64,000 nucleotides of DNA from NCBI GenBank assembly GCA_965227515.1, contig CBDDFZ010000002.1, forward strand, positions 800,001-864,000. The letters run 5' to 3'. Each line of letters opens with the position of its first letter. The stretch's first letter is position 1. The notes under the pieces were generated by a model, which ran no database searches, had not been told where the DNA came from, and worked only from the letters and a program-made list of their open reading frames with translations. Positions 1 to 11,005 of the stretch are shown here, piece after piece. Source of the DNA: Alphaproteobacteria bacterium (GTDB taxonomy: Bacteria > Pseudomonadota > Alphaproteobacteria > CALKHQ01). The position numbers and the translations under genes were made by a program.

Positions 1-785
<785 letters not shown>

Positions 786-1019
786 GGATGAACAGGGGTC
801 CGAAACGTGAAGGCTGGCGCGCGTGGGCGGCGGCAGCAAAGCCCGCGTGATACAGGCTCGGGCGGCTACATGCCAGTGCTATATGGGCGCTGGCGGCGCG
901 AACGTCCAATGGCGGGAGATCGGCTGGGGAAACGCCCGACGCGGACGGACCCTGCGGCCAGGGTCCGTCGCGTGGCGCTCAGGCGGCAGGCGCCGTTGGC
1001 CGGCGCCGCGAATGGCCGA

Positions 1020-1397
1020 TCAGTTGGTGGAGCAGCGATACGAAATCCGGATCTTGCCGCTGCATTCGTTCACGCCCGCCAAGCAGGCGGCGTTGGCGGT
1101 CTCCTGGGCGGCGAGGCGAATCGATTCCACCACCTGCCCGTCCTGCCAGCCCCACGACACCTGCATGGTGTGGGCGCACTGGTTGGTCAGGTTCCAGCTC
1201 CACTGGGTGAAGAAGCCGGTATCGCCCTGCACAGGCTCGGTCGGCAATTGCTGCATGGTGATGCAGCTCGCGCCATTGGGCTGGCGCAGGCTGCAGAGGA
1301 TGCGGTCCTGGCCCAGGGCGGACCCGGCCATCGCCGCGGAAACGGCCAGTGCCGCTGCGGCCACGGTGCAACGTTGCCAGGTTGAAGAGGTCGTCAT
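1020..1397 (-). CDS. Small secreted Cys-rich hypothetical protein
   Basis: MTTSSTWQRCTVAAAALAVSAAMAGSALG signal peptide; 6 Cys in the mature region; fills the gap between ggt and carB on the same strand. Confidence 0.65.
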   Translation of the reverse strand: MTTSSTWQRCTVAAAALAVSAAMAGSALGQDRILCSLRQPNGASCITMQQLPTEPVQGDTGFFTQWSWNLTNQCAHTMQVSWGWQDGQVVESIRLAAQETANAACLAGVNECSGKIRISYRCSTN

Positions 1398-1532
1398 GGG
1401 TTCCCCCGTTTCTCGATTGAACTGTGGTGCGGGTGCAAAGCTACCCCTCCCCGGCGCCACCGGTAGACGCTCACGCGGGCGCCCCGTCCGTATTTCAACG
1501 CATAAGTCGGCGAGATGTTACCGTGCAACGGT

Positions 1533-3350
1533 TCATTCCCCAACCACCAAGCCTTCGCGGCGCGGGTCGGCGCCGCCGATCAGGCCGTCCTCGGTGACCA
1601 TGATGGCGTGCAGGCCGCTGTTCAGGTCGCGCACGTTGACCTCGTGGCCCATCCCGACCAACGCGGCCTCCAGGTCAGCCGCCGCCGTGCCGGCTTCCAG
1701 GTCGGTGCCGCCATTGCGGTTGACGATGTGGGGCAGGGTGACGGCGGCCTGCGGGTCCATGCCCCAGTCCACCATCGCCACGACCGACTGCACGACATAG
1801 CCGATGATGCGGCTGCCACCGGGCGACCCGGTGACCGCCAGCAGGTCGCCGTCGGCGTCGAAGATCATCGTCGGCGACATCGAGCTGCGCGGCCGCTTGC
1901 CCGGCTCGACCCGGTTGGCGACCGGGCCGTCCGCGCCCTCGGGCCGGAACGAGAAGTCGGTGAGCTGGTTGTTCAACAGGATGCCGTGCACCATGACCCG
2001 CGATCCGAAGCCGCTTTCGATGGAGGTCGTCATCGACACGGCATTGCCATCGGAATCGACGATGGAAATGTGGCTGGTTGACGGCAGCTCGAAACTCTCG
2101 CCCGGCAGATAGAGCCAGCCGTGCTGCTCCGGCGGCGTGCCGGCTTCGGCCGGCCCCATGGACTTGGCCGGATCGATGAGCTGGGCGCGCGACATCAGGT
2201 AGGCCGGGTCGATCAGGCCGTCGACCGGCACGTCGACGAAGTCGGCATCGGCGACGTAGAGCCCACGGTCGGCGAACGCCAGCCGACCGGCCTCCGCCAG
2301 CAGGTGCGCGGCCTCCGCTGACAGCGGATCGAGCGAGGCCAAGTCGAAATGGTCCAGGATGCCGAGCATCTGCAGGGTCGCGATGCCGCCCGAGGTCGGC
2401 GGCGGCATGCCGCAGACGCTGAGGTCGCGGTAGGGCGCGCAGAGCACGGTGCGCTTGACCGCCTGGTAGTCGGCCATGTCGTCCAGGCTCAGCAGGCCGG
2501 GATTGTCCGGCACGTTGCGCACCGCCTGCACGATGTCGAGCGCGATGGTGCCACCATAGAACGCATCGGCGCCCTCGCTGGCGATGTCGCGCAGCAGGCC
2601 CGCGTAGAGCGGATTGGTCAGGATCTCGCCGATGGGCCGCGCCTCGCCGCGGTCGTCGTAGAAATACGCGCGCGCGGTGTTGTAGCGGCTGAGGTGCTCG
2701 TCCGCCGCCACCAGTTCATGCAAGCGCGGCGTGATCGCAAACCCCTCCGTCGCCATCGTGATCGCCGGCTCGAACAGATCGGCCCATGGCAGCTTGCCGT
2801 GATCGGCGTGGGCCATTTCCATCATGCGCAGCAGGCCAGGCACACCGACCGAGCGGCCGCCGACCACCGCGTCCCAGAACGGCAATGGCTCGCCCTCGTC
2901 GTCCAGGAACAGGGTCTCGTCGGCCTCCATCGGCGCCTTCTCGCGGCCGTCATAGGCGTCCACCTGCCCCGTCGCGGCGTCATAGGCGAGCAGGAACGCG
3001 CCGCCGCCGAGACCGGACGACTGCGGCTCAACCAGATTGAGCACCAGTTGCACCGCGATCAGCGCGTCGACCGCGCTGCCGCCCGCGGCCAGGATCTCGG
3101 CGCCGGCGCGCGAGGCGGCCGGGTTGGCGGCCGACACCATGTAGCTTTCGGCGGTCACCGGATCGCGGGTGGTGAAGCCGGTGGCACCCTCGGGCGGCGG
3201 TGCTTCCTGCGCCAATGCCACGCTGGACCAGGCCATCGCCAGCGCCGCCACACCGGCGGCCGCGGCCCGTTTCCATGGCTCGTGCGACACCACCACCGGC
3301 GGGTTCATCGCCGCCCACGTCACAGCAGTTTCTGGTGTTGTCATGGCCAT
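1533..3350 (-). CDS. ggt: Gamma-glutamyltransferase (exported)
   Basis: GGSAVDA, EPQSSGLGGG, YDGREKAP, catalytic TSHISIVD, LNNQLTDF, PGKRPRSSMSP, GSPGG, GGADPRREG. Start set at ATG 3350 with GGAG RBS; the longer track ORF is antisense shadow of the A2M gene. Confidence 0.95.
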   Translation of the reverse strand: MAMTTPETAVTWAAMNPPVVVSHEPWKRAAAAGVAALAMAWSSVALAQEAPPPEGATGFTTRDPVTAESYMVSAANPAASRAGAEILAAGGSAVDALIAVQLVLNLVEPQSSGLGGGAFLLAYDAATGQVDAYDGREKAPMEADETLFLDDEGEPLPFWDAVVGGRSVGVPGLLRMMEMAHADHGKLPWADLFEPAITMATEGFAITPRLHELVAADEHLSRYNTARAYFYDDRGEARPIGEILTNPLYAGLLRDIASEGADAFYGGTIALDIVQAVRNVPDNPGLLSLDDMADYQAVKRTVLCAPYRDLSVCGMPPPTSGGIATLQMLGILDHFDLASLDPLSAEAAHLLAEAGRLAFADRGLYVADADFVDVPVDGLIDPAYLMSRAQLIDPAKSMGPAEAGTPPEQHGWLYLPGESFELPSTSHISIVDSDGNAVSMTTSIESGFGSRVMVHGILLNNQLTDFSFRPEGADGPVANRVEPGKRPRSSMSPTMIFDADGDLLAVTGSPGGSRIIGYVVQSVVAMVDWGMDPQAAVTLPHIVNRNGGTDLEAGTAAADLEAALVGMGHEVNVRDLNSGLHAIMVTEDGLIGGADPRREGLVVGE

Positions 3351-3479
3351 GTCTCCCGGGGGTTGCAACCGCCATGATATCCCCCTCAACCGTGCGATTC
3401 CATCGTGATGCGAACATGATTTGGACGCATTCACTGTGGTAGGTTCCGCAAAACATTGGGGCCGAACTGGAGGCAAGCC

Positions 3480-6400
3480 ATGCAAGGCTTTGGAACTCGA
3501 TTCGTTGTCGGCGTTGTGGCGTTTGTTGTGCTGTGTGCCAGCGTTGTCAGCCAGGCGCTCGCGTTCGAATCGCCGCGTCTGACGGCGCAGGCGTCGTCCT
3601 ATCGCGACACCTTGATCTCGACGATGGCCGACGAGGATCCCGCCGACTACGGCAGTGTCGACCAGTTGCTCAGGCAGGCCCGGCTGGCGGTGCGCGAGCA
3701 GCGCTATGGCGACGCCATCGACTATTTCGAGTTCGCGGCCGGTTTCGGCTCCGACGACTTCGGCACCTGGTTCGGCCTTGGCGATGCCTGGATCGAGTGG
3801 GGGCGCCCCAACGAGCGGGCGCTGGCCGCGTTCCTGAACGCCTATCGCGTAGCACCCGGCGCGCCGCAGCAGTTCGAGGCGCTGATGAACATCGCCATGC
3901 TGCTGGAGAATGGCGACGAGTGGGACCTGGCCATCGATGCCTATCAGGCGGCGATGGACCTGGAGCCCAACCCCGACCTGGAGGAGCGCCTGGCCTTCCT
4001 GCGCCGCGAGTACGGGTTCCGCGTCTACTACACCGACGTCTATGCCGAGCGCGACAACCCCCAGGTCTGCGTCCAGTTCTCCGACCCCCTGTCCAGCCGC
4101 AGTTCGTTTGAGTATTCGGATTACGTGCGCATGGAGCCGGAAGCCCCGATCGAGGTGAGCGCCAACGGCCCGCAATTGTGCATCGACGGGCTGGCCCATG
4201 GCGGCACCTACGAGCTGCGCCTGCTGGCCGGCCTGCCCTCCGGCGCCGACGAGGCGCTGTTCGAGGACTACGACTACACCTTCGACATTCCCAACCGCGA
4301 GCCGACCGTCGGCTTCCGCGGCAATGCCTATGTGCTGCCCCGTGGCGGCGAGGGCACGCTGCCCCTGGCCACCGTCAACGTCGACAACGTCGACATCGAG
4401 GTGCTGCGCATCAACGACCGCAACCTGATCGAGCAGATCGTGCGCGGCCGTGTCGGCTCGTCCATGGACGGCTACGACATCGACGAGATCGCGTACACCG
4501 CCGGCGAGTCGGTATGGACCGGCGACATGGCGGTCGATGAGGTCCTGAACCGCGAGGTGGTGACCGGCGTGCCGATCGGCGACGTGATCACCGACCCTGA
4601 ACCCGGCGTCTATCTGGTGGTGGCGACCCGCACCAAGGACGACGACGAGGACTATTACTACTACGAGACCCGCGCCACCCAGTGGGTGATCATCACCGAT
4701 ATCGGGCTGACCACCTTCATGGGCGCCGACGGCCTGACCGTCGCCGCGCGCTCCCTGGAGACCGGCCTGCCGTTGGCCGGCGTGTCGATGGACCTGATCG
4801 CGCGCAACAACGAGGTGTTGTCGAACGCGGTCACCGACGACGAGGGCCTGGCCCACTTCCCCAGCGGCTTCACCACCGGTGAGGGCGGCCGCCGCCCAGC
4901 CGCGGTGCATGCCCTCGGTGCTGGCGACTTCGCGTTCCTGTCGCTGGTCGGCAGCGCGTTCGACCTGTCCGACCGTGGTGTCGGCGGGCGCTGGATGCCG
5001 GGGCCGCTGGATGCCTATCTGTACACCGAGCGCGGGGTCTACCGGCCCGGTGAGACGGTCTACATCACCACGCTGCTGCGCGACGCCGATGCGATGGCGC
5101 TGGACAACGTGCCGCTGACCGTCAGCCTGATCCGGCCCGACGGTGTCGAACTCGACCGCCAGACGCTCAGCGACCTGGGCGGCGGTGCCTATGTCTACGA
5201 CTACGATCTGTCATCGGCCGCCCGTTCGGGCACCTGGACGCTGCAGGCGTTTGCCGACCCCGAGGGTGTCGCCATCGGCTCGGTGACCTTCCAGGTGGAA
5301 GACTTCGTGCCGGTGCGCATCCGCGTCGACCTGACGCCGGAGGAAGAGGTCCTGCACGCCGAGTTGCCCTCGGTGATCGAGATGCAGGCCGACTACCTGT
5401 ACGGCGCGCCCGCTGCCGACCTGCCGGGTGAGGCCACGATCCTGCTGCGCCCGGCCTACACCCCGTGGCCGGACTATGCCGACTTCAGCTTCGGCATGGT
5501 GCAGGAGAGCTTCGAGCCGGTGCGCGAGCCGCTGCCGGTGCCGAACACCGATGCCTCCGGCCTCAGCCGCATCCAGGTGGCGCTGGCGAACATGCCCGAC
5601 ACCACCCTGCCGCTTGAGGCGGTGATCCGCGCCTCGGTGTTCGACATTTCCGGCCGCGCGGTGAACGCCAGCGTGGTGCTGCCGGTGCGCAGCGAGCGCC
5701 CGGCCATCGGCATCCGCTCCCAGTTCGGTAACCGCACCGACGTCGATTCGCCGGCCATGTTCGACCTGGTCGCGCTGGATGGCGACGGCCAGCCGGCCGC
5801 CCTGTCTGGCGTGCGCTACGAGCTGGTGCGCGAGAACTATCAGTGGCTGTGGTACTGGAACGGAAACTGGGACTACGAGCTGGTCGTCTACGACACCCCC
5901 GTCGAGGACGGCGGCATCGACCTCGCCGCCGGTGAGATCGCGCAGCTCAGCTTCGACGTGAGCTGGGGCCGCTATCGCCTGGACGTCTATGACGACGAGA
6001 CCGGTGCCGCGTCCAGCTACCGCTTCTATGGCGGCTGGTGGTCGCCGCCCAGCCAGTCGAACACGCCCGACGATCTGGAAGTCGCGTTCGACCAGGAGAG
6101 CTATCGCATCGGCGAGACCGCCCGCATCTCGGTAACGCCCGCCTTTGCCGGCGAGCTGCTGCTGGTGATCGCCAACGACGACGTGATCGACACCTTGAAC
6201 GTGTCGATGCCCGAGGACGGTGCCGTGATCGAGGTGCCGGTGACCGAGGACTGGGGCGTTGGCGCCTATGCGCTCGCCACGCTCTATCGCCCCGGCGCCG
6301 CCGCCGACGATACCCGCGGTCCCGGCCGGGCCATCGGCGTCTCGTGGATGTCGGTCGACATGTCCGAGCGCACGCTCGACGTGGCGATGGACGTGCCGGA

Positions 6401-8693
6401 CGTGGTGCGCCCGCGCCAGATCCACAATCTGGAGATCGCGGTCGACGGCTTCGACCCCGGCGAGCAGGCCTATCTGACGCTGGCCGCGGTCGACGAGGGC
6501 ATCCTGCTGCTCACCCGCTTCCAGTCGCCCGATCCGGTCGACTACTACTACGGCCAGCGCAATCTGGGCGTGGAGGTCGCCGATCTCTATGGCCGGCTGA
6601 TCGAGTCGGAAGGCCGGCGCGGCGAGCTGCGCTTCGGCGGTGACGGCGAGGAGGAAATCCTCGACGAGCAGTCCGACACCCCGCCGGTGCGTACTGTGCG
6701 CACCGTGGCGCTGTTCACCGGCGTGCTGGAGGTGGGGCCGGAAGGCACCATCACCGTGCCGCTGGACATCCCCGACTACAATGGCGAGCTGCGGCTGATG
6801 GCCGTGGCTTGGACCGCGGACTCCGTGGGGTCGGCCGACGCTGCGCTGACCGTGCGCGATCCTGTCGTCAGCGAGGTGACGCTGCCGCGCATCCTGGCAC
6901 CCACCGACGTCGCCGACATCGTGGTGGCCTTGCACAACGTCGACGGTGCGCCTGGTATCTATCAGGCGACGCTGGAGACCGAGGGGCCGATTGCGCTCGA
7001 CGGTCTCGGCAGCTTCGAGGTCGAGCTGGGTGAGGACGCCCGGCACCGCGAGCCGATGCTGCTGGCGGCCGACACCGTCGGCATCGGCGAGCTGACGCTG
7101 ACGGTGACCGGCCCGGACGGCTTCGCCATCGAGCGGTCGTGGCAGATCGCGGTGCGCCCGTCGCAGCCGTTCGTCACCGACCGCATCGCCGGCCTGCTGC
7201 ACCCGGACCAGACGCTGATCGTCAGCGACAGCCTGTACAGCGAGTACCTGCCGGGCACGCCGGAACTGGCGGCGAGCTTCAGCTCGCGGCCGAACTTCGA
7301 CGTGCCGGGGCTGGTGCGCGCGCTCGACCGCTACCCGTACGGGTGCGCCGAGCAGATCGCCAGCCGTGCGATGCCGCTGTTGTACCTGGCCGAGGTGGCC
7401 GAGGCCTGGGGCGACGACGACGAGCAGCCGCGCAACGTCGACAACCGCATCCAGCGGGCCATCGGCCAGCTGATGTCGAAGCAGACCTGGTCCGGCGCGT
7501 TCTCGCGGTGGAATCCGTTCGGCTACGAGGACCCGTGGCTGACCGCTTACGTGCTCGACTTCCTCACCCGTGCCCGCCAGGAAGGGTTCGAGGTGCCGGA
7601 GCGTGCCTACCAGCGCGGCATGGACTGGCTGGCCGAGCACGTCAGCCAGTACGACACGCGGTCGAACTGCCGCCCGTCCGGCGCCTATGCGCTCTACACG
7701 CTGTCGCGTGCCGGCCAGGCCGACATTGCCGACCTGCGCTACTACGCCGACGTCTGCCTGCACGACTTCGACTCCTCGATGTCGCGCGGCCAGCTTGGCG
7801 TGGCGCTGGCGGCCTATGGCGACATCGAGCGTGCCGAGGAAGCGTTCGACCAGAGCTACCAGCCGCGGCTGACCGGCGTCTCGCTGCAGGACTACGGGTC
7901 CGAGCTCAGGGACCAGGCGGCCCTGGTGGCGCTGATGGCCGAGGCCGGCTACCGCGACGAGGCCATCTATGAGATGGCCGAGCAGGCGGCGGCCGAGTTC
8001 AACCGCCAGCGCTACACCAGCACCCAGGAGCAGATGTGGCTGCTGATGGCCGCCCATGCCCTGCTGGAAGGCCAGGAGGACATGACGCTGGCGCTGAATG
8101 GCGTGCTCAACCCGCCGACCACGTCGGTGCTCGACCTGATCCCCGATGCCGAGCAGTTGGCGGCAGGGCTGGTGGTGGAGAACGCCGGCGAGACCATCGT
8201 GCGCCGCACGGTGACCATCCGCGGCGTGCCGATTGCGCCGCGACCGGCGGAGGCCAACGGCTTCGAGATCGAGCGCAGCTACATGCGGCCGGACGGCACG
8301 CCGTTCGATCCCGCGGTCGACACGCTGACCCAGAACGACCTGCTGGTGGTGATCATCGACGTCAACCCGCTGGGCGACTTCGAGCACGACATGCTGGTCG
8401 TCGACCTGCTGGCCGCCGGCCTGGAGATCGAGAACCCGCGCATCGGTGAGGCGCGGGGCCTTGAGGACATGGTCGACGACCTGCAGATCAGCCGCTACCT
8501 CGACCACGTGGAGATGCGCGACGACCGCTATGTCGCCGCCATCGACACCGACGAGGCCGAGCGGTTCGCCTATCTGGTGCGCGCCGTCACCCCCGGCAAC
8601 TTCGTGCTGCCCCCCGCGTTCGTGGAGGACATGTACACGCCGGAGCTGAACGCCCGCACCGAGATGGGCCGGCTGATCATCGAGGCGCCGTGA
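3480..8693 (+). CDS. yfhM: Bacterial alpha-2-macroglobulin with N-terminal TPR-like region
   Basis: About 1740 aa; LYTERGVYRPGETV, LAAVDEGIL, thioester motif YPYGCAEQ, RDDRYVAA, VEDMY; GGAGG RBS before ATG 3480; followed by pbpC. Confidence 0.95.
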   Translation: MQGFGTRFVVGVVAFVVLCASVVSQALAFESPRLTAQASSYRDTLISTMADEDPADYGSVDQLLRQARLAVREQRYGDAIDYFEFAAGFGSDDFGTWFGLGDAWIEWGRPNERALAAFLNAYRVAPGAPQQFEALMNIAMLLENGDEWDLAIDAYQAAMDLEPNPDLEERLAFLRREYGFRVYYTDVYAERDNPQVCVQFSDPLSSRSSFEYSDYVRMEPEAPIEVSANGPQLCIDGLAHGGTYELRLLAGLPSGADEALFEDYDYTFDIPNREPTVGFRGNAYVLPRGGEGTLPLATVNVDNVDIEVLRINDRNLIEQIVRGRVGSSMDGYDIDEIAYTAGESVWTGDMAVDEVLNREVVTGVPIGDVITDPEPGVYLVVATRTKDDDEDYYYYETRATQWVIITDIGLTTFMGADGLTVAARSLETGLPLAGVSMDLIARNNEVLSNAVTDDEGLAHFPSGFTTGEGGRRPAAVHALGAGDFAFLSLVGSAFDLSDRGVGGRWMPGPLDAYLYTERGVYRPGETVYITTLLRDADAMALDNVPLTVSLIRPDGVELDRQTLSDLGGGAYVYDYDLSSAARSGTWTLQAFADPEGVAIGSVTFQVEDFVPVRIRVDLTPEEEVLHAELPSVIEMQADYLYGAPAADLPGEATILLRPAYTPWPDYADFSFGMVQESFEPVREPLPVPNTDASGLSRIQVALANMPDTTLPLEAVIRASVFDISGRAVNASVVLPVRSERPAIGIRSQFGNRTDVDSPAMFDLVALDGDGQPAALSGVRYELVRENYQWLWYWNGNWDYELVVYDTPVEDGGIDLAAGEIAQLSFDVSWGRYRLDVYDDETGAASSYRFYGGWWSPPSQSNTPDDLEVAFDQESYRIGETARISVTPAFAGELLLVIANDDVIDTLNVSMPEDGAVIEVPVTEDWGVGAYALATLYRPGAAADDTRGPGRAIGVSWMSVDMSERTLDVAMDVPDVVRPRQIHNLEIAVDGFDPGEQAYLTLAAVDEGILLLTRFQSPDPVDYYYGQRNLGVEVADLYGRLIESEGRRGELRFGGDGEEEILDEQSDTPPVRTVRTVALFTGVLEVGPEGTITVPLDIPDYNGELRLMAVAWTADSVGSADAALTVRDPVVSEVTLPRILAPTDVADIVVALHNVDGAPGIYQATLETEGPIALDGLGSFEVELGEDARHREPMLLAADTVGIGELTLTVTGPDGFAIERSWQIAVRPSQPFVTDRIAGLLHPDQTLIVSDSLYSEYLPGTPELAASFSSRPNFDVPGLVRALDRYPYGCAEQIASRAMPLLYLAEVAEAWGDDDEQPRNVDNRIQRAIGQLMSKQTWSGAFSRWNPFGYEDPWLTAYVLDFLTRARQEGFEVPERAYQRGMDWLAEHVSQYDTRSNCRPSGAYALYTLSRAGQADIADLRYYADVCLHDFDSSMSRGQLGVALAAYGDIERAEEAFDQSYQPRLTGVSLQDYGSELRDQAALVALMAEAGYRDEAIYEMAEQAAAEFNRQRYTSTQEQMWLLMAAHALLEGQEDMTLALNGVLNPPTTSVLDLIPDAEQLAAGLVVENAGETIVRRTVTIRGVPIAPRPAEANGFEIERSYMRPDGTPFDPAVDTLTQNDLLVVIIDVNPLGDFEHDMLVVDLLAAGLEIENPRIGEARGLEDMVDDLQISRYLDHVEMRDDRYVAAIDTDEAERFAYLVRAVTPGNFVLPPAFVEDMYTPELNARTEMGRLIIEAP

Positions 8694-8711
8694 GGTGACG
8701 CATCTGAAATG

Positions 8712-8851
8712 CGTCATCGCGAGCCGGCGCCATTCGGCCAACCGGATGGTTGGCCGGACGTTGATGGGGCCGGCGTGGCGATCCAGGCGATTGCGCGGAC
8801 TGACCGCAAGTCGCACTGGATTGCCGCGTCGCTCCGCTCCTCGCAATGACG
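8712..8851. repeat. CGTC-tagged palindromic intergenic repeat
   Basis: CGTCATCGCGAG...GCGATCCAG...CTGGATTGCCGCGTCGC...CTCCTCGCAATGACG; same core as copies at 12191 and 36937. Confidence 0.85.
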
Positions 8852-8860
8852 GTGGGTAGC

Positions 8861-11005
8861 GTGAAAAGCAACCCCTCCCGCATCCGCCGCTGGCTGGCGC
8901 GGCTGTCGTTCGCGACCTTCGTGCTGGCCATCACGGCGGTCGGCGCGGCGGCGATCCTCGACCGGCTCTACCCGCCGGTGCTGGACCGCTATCTCGACCG
9001 CTCGGCCATGGTGCTGGACCGCGACGGCCAGGTGCTGCGAGCGTTCACCAGCGCCGACGAGATGTGGCGACTGCCGGCGACGCGCGACGACGTCAGCCCC
9101 GCCTACATCGAGCTGTTGCTGGCCTATGAGGACCGGCGCTTCGACTGGCATCCGGGTGTCGACCCGCTGGCCGTGGTCCGTGCCTTCGGCCAGATGCTCG
9201 GCGCGGGGGAGGCGGTGTCGGGTGCCTCCACCATCACCATGCAGGTCGCCCGCCTGCTGGAGCCAAGGCCGCGCGACCTGTGGGGCAAGCTCGCCGAGAT
9301 GGGCCGCGCGTTGCAGCTCGAATGGCACTACAGCAAGGACGAGATCCTTGCCATGTATCTGACGCTCGCCCCCTATGGCGGCAATCTGGAGGGTATCCGC
9401 GCGGCGTCGCTGGCCTATTTCGGCAAGCCGCCGGACACGCTGTCGCTGGGCGAGGCGGCGATGCTGGTGGTGCTGCCGCAATCGCCGAACCGATGGCGCC
9501 CCGACCGCGACATGGATGCCGCCATCGCCGCCCGCGACAAGGTGCTGGCCCGAGCCTACGCCTATGGCGCGATCACCGAGACCCAGATGCGCGAAGCGAT
9601 GCAGGAGCCGCTGCCGGAGACGCGGGTGGCGATGCCGTTCCGCGCCGCGCACCTGGCCCAGACCCTGATGCTGGAGGACGACGGCGCCATTGCCGGCGCG
9701 CTGGCACCGGTGATCCGTACCACCATCGACGGCGGCCTTCAGGACGCGGCGGAGGGGCTGGCCGCCCAGGCGCTGGCCGACCTGGACCCGTTCGCCAACG
9801 TCGCGGTCCTGATCGTCGACAACCACACCCGCGAGGTGCTGGCCTATGTCGGCTCCGGCGATTTCTTCGACGACACCCGCGAGGGGCAGATCGACCTGGT
9901 GCAGGCGATCCGCTCCCCCGGCTCGACCCTGAAGCCGTTCATCTACGGCATGGGGTTCGAAGACCTGCTGATCCACCCGCAGACCTTGATCGACGACCAG
10001 CCGGTGCGCTTCGCCGACTACGACCCGCACAATTTCGACGGCGGCTTCCATGGCCGCATCACCATCCGCGAGGCATTGCAGGCGTCGCTGAACGTGCCGG
10101 CGGTGCGCATCCTCCACGCGCTGGGGCCGTCGCGGCTGGCGTCGCGGCTGGAGGCGTGCGGCATGGACCTGCACTTCCCCGGCAACGACCCCGAGACGCC
10201 GCTGCCGTTGGCCCTGGGCGGCGTCGGGGTGTCGCTGTTCGACCTGACCGGCGCCTATGTCGCGCTGGCCAATGGCGGCGCCGGGGGCTGCGACCTGGCG
10301 GTGACCGAGGCCGAGCGCACGCTGGTGGCGCCGGAACTGCCGCGCGAGCTGCTGTCGCCGGCCGCGGCCTGGTACGTCGCCGACATCCTGGCCGATGCCC
10401 CGGTGCCCGATGCGGAGATCAACCCGGCGTTCGCTGCCCGCACCCAGCGCGTCGCCTACAAGACCGGCACCTCCTACGGCTACCGGGACGCCTGGGCCAT
10501 CGGCTACAACGCCGACGTCACCATCGGGGTCTGGGTCGGCCGGCCCGACGGCAATGCCAGCCCGCAGCGCACCGGGCGCGATACCGCGGCCCCGCTGCTG
10601 TTCCGGCTGTTCGAGCTGATGCCGGCGCCGCTGGTCGATGTGGTGCCGCCGGCACCGCCGGGGGTGATCGACCGGCTGACCGACGACGTGCCGGCGCGGC
10701 TGGTGGAGTTCGGCGCGCCGCCGCGCGCGCCCGGGCAGGCCGGGCTGGTCGACGCCCATCACGATCTGCGCATCGACTTCCCGGTCGACGGCTCCACCAT
10801 CGAGCTGCCGCCGGCCGCCGCGGTGCTGCCGCTGGTGGCGTACGGTGGTGTGCGCCCGCTGCATTGGCTGGTCAACGGGGTGCCGATCGATGCATCCTCT
10901 GTGGCACGCAATGTGGCCTGGACGCCGGAAAGCGGCGGGCAGGTGCGGATCACGGTGGTGGATGCCGATGGCAACAGCGCGAGCGCGCAAGTCTGGCTGG
11001 AGTAG
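8861..11005 (+). CDS. pbpC: Penicillin-binding protein 1C
   Basis: Transglycosylase EDRRF..HPGVD and GASTITMQVARL; transpeptidase STLK, SLN, KTGTS; directly after A2M. The track start ATG 8846 lies inside the repeat, so GTG 8861 is preferred. Confidence 0.93.
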   Translation: MKSNPSRIRRWLARLSFATFVLAITAVGAAAILDRLYPPVLDRYLDRSAMVLDRDGQVLRAFTSADEMWRLPATRDDVSPAYIELLLAYEDRRFDWHPGVDPLAVVRAFGQMLGAGEAVSGASTITMQVARLLEPRPRDLWGKLAEMGRALQLEWHYSKDEILAMYLTLAPYGGNLEGIRAASLAYFGKPPDTLSLGEAAMLVVLPQSPNRWRPDRDMDAAIAARDKVLARAYAYGAITETQMREAMQEPLPETRVAMPFRAAHLAQTLMLEDDGAIAGALAPVIRTTIDGGLQDAAEGLAAQALADLDPFANVAVLIVDNHTREVLAYVGSGDFFDDTREGQIDLVQAIRSPGSTLKPFIYGMGFEDLLIHPQTLIDDQPVRFADYDPHNFDGGFHGRITIREALQASLNVPAVRILHALGPSRLASRLEACGMDLHFPGNDPETPLPLALGGVGVSLFDLTGAYVALANGGAGGCDLAVTEAERTLVAPELPRELLSPAAAWYVADILADAPVPDAEINPAFAARTQRVAYKTGTSYGYRDAWAIGYNADVTIGVWVGRPDGNASPQRTGRDTAAPLLFRLFELMPAPLVDVVPPAPPGVIDRLTDDVPARLVEFGAPPRAPGQAGLVDAHHDLRIDFPVDGSTIELPPAAAVLPLVAYGGVRPLHWLVNGVPIDASSVARNVAWTPESGGQVRITVVDADGNSASAQVWLE

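Noticed and set aside
3351-4910. Apparent 520-aa N-terminal extension on GGT (1125-aa track ORF)
   Set aside because: Antisense shadow of the A2M gene; a good RBS and signal peptide start at 3350.
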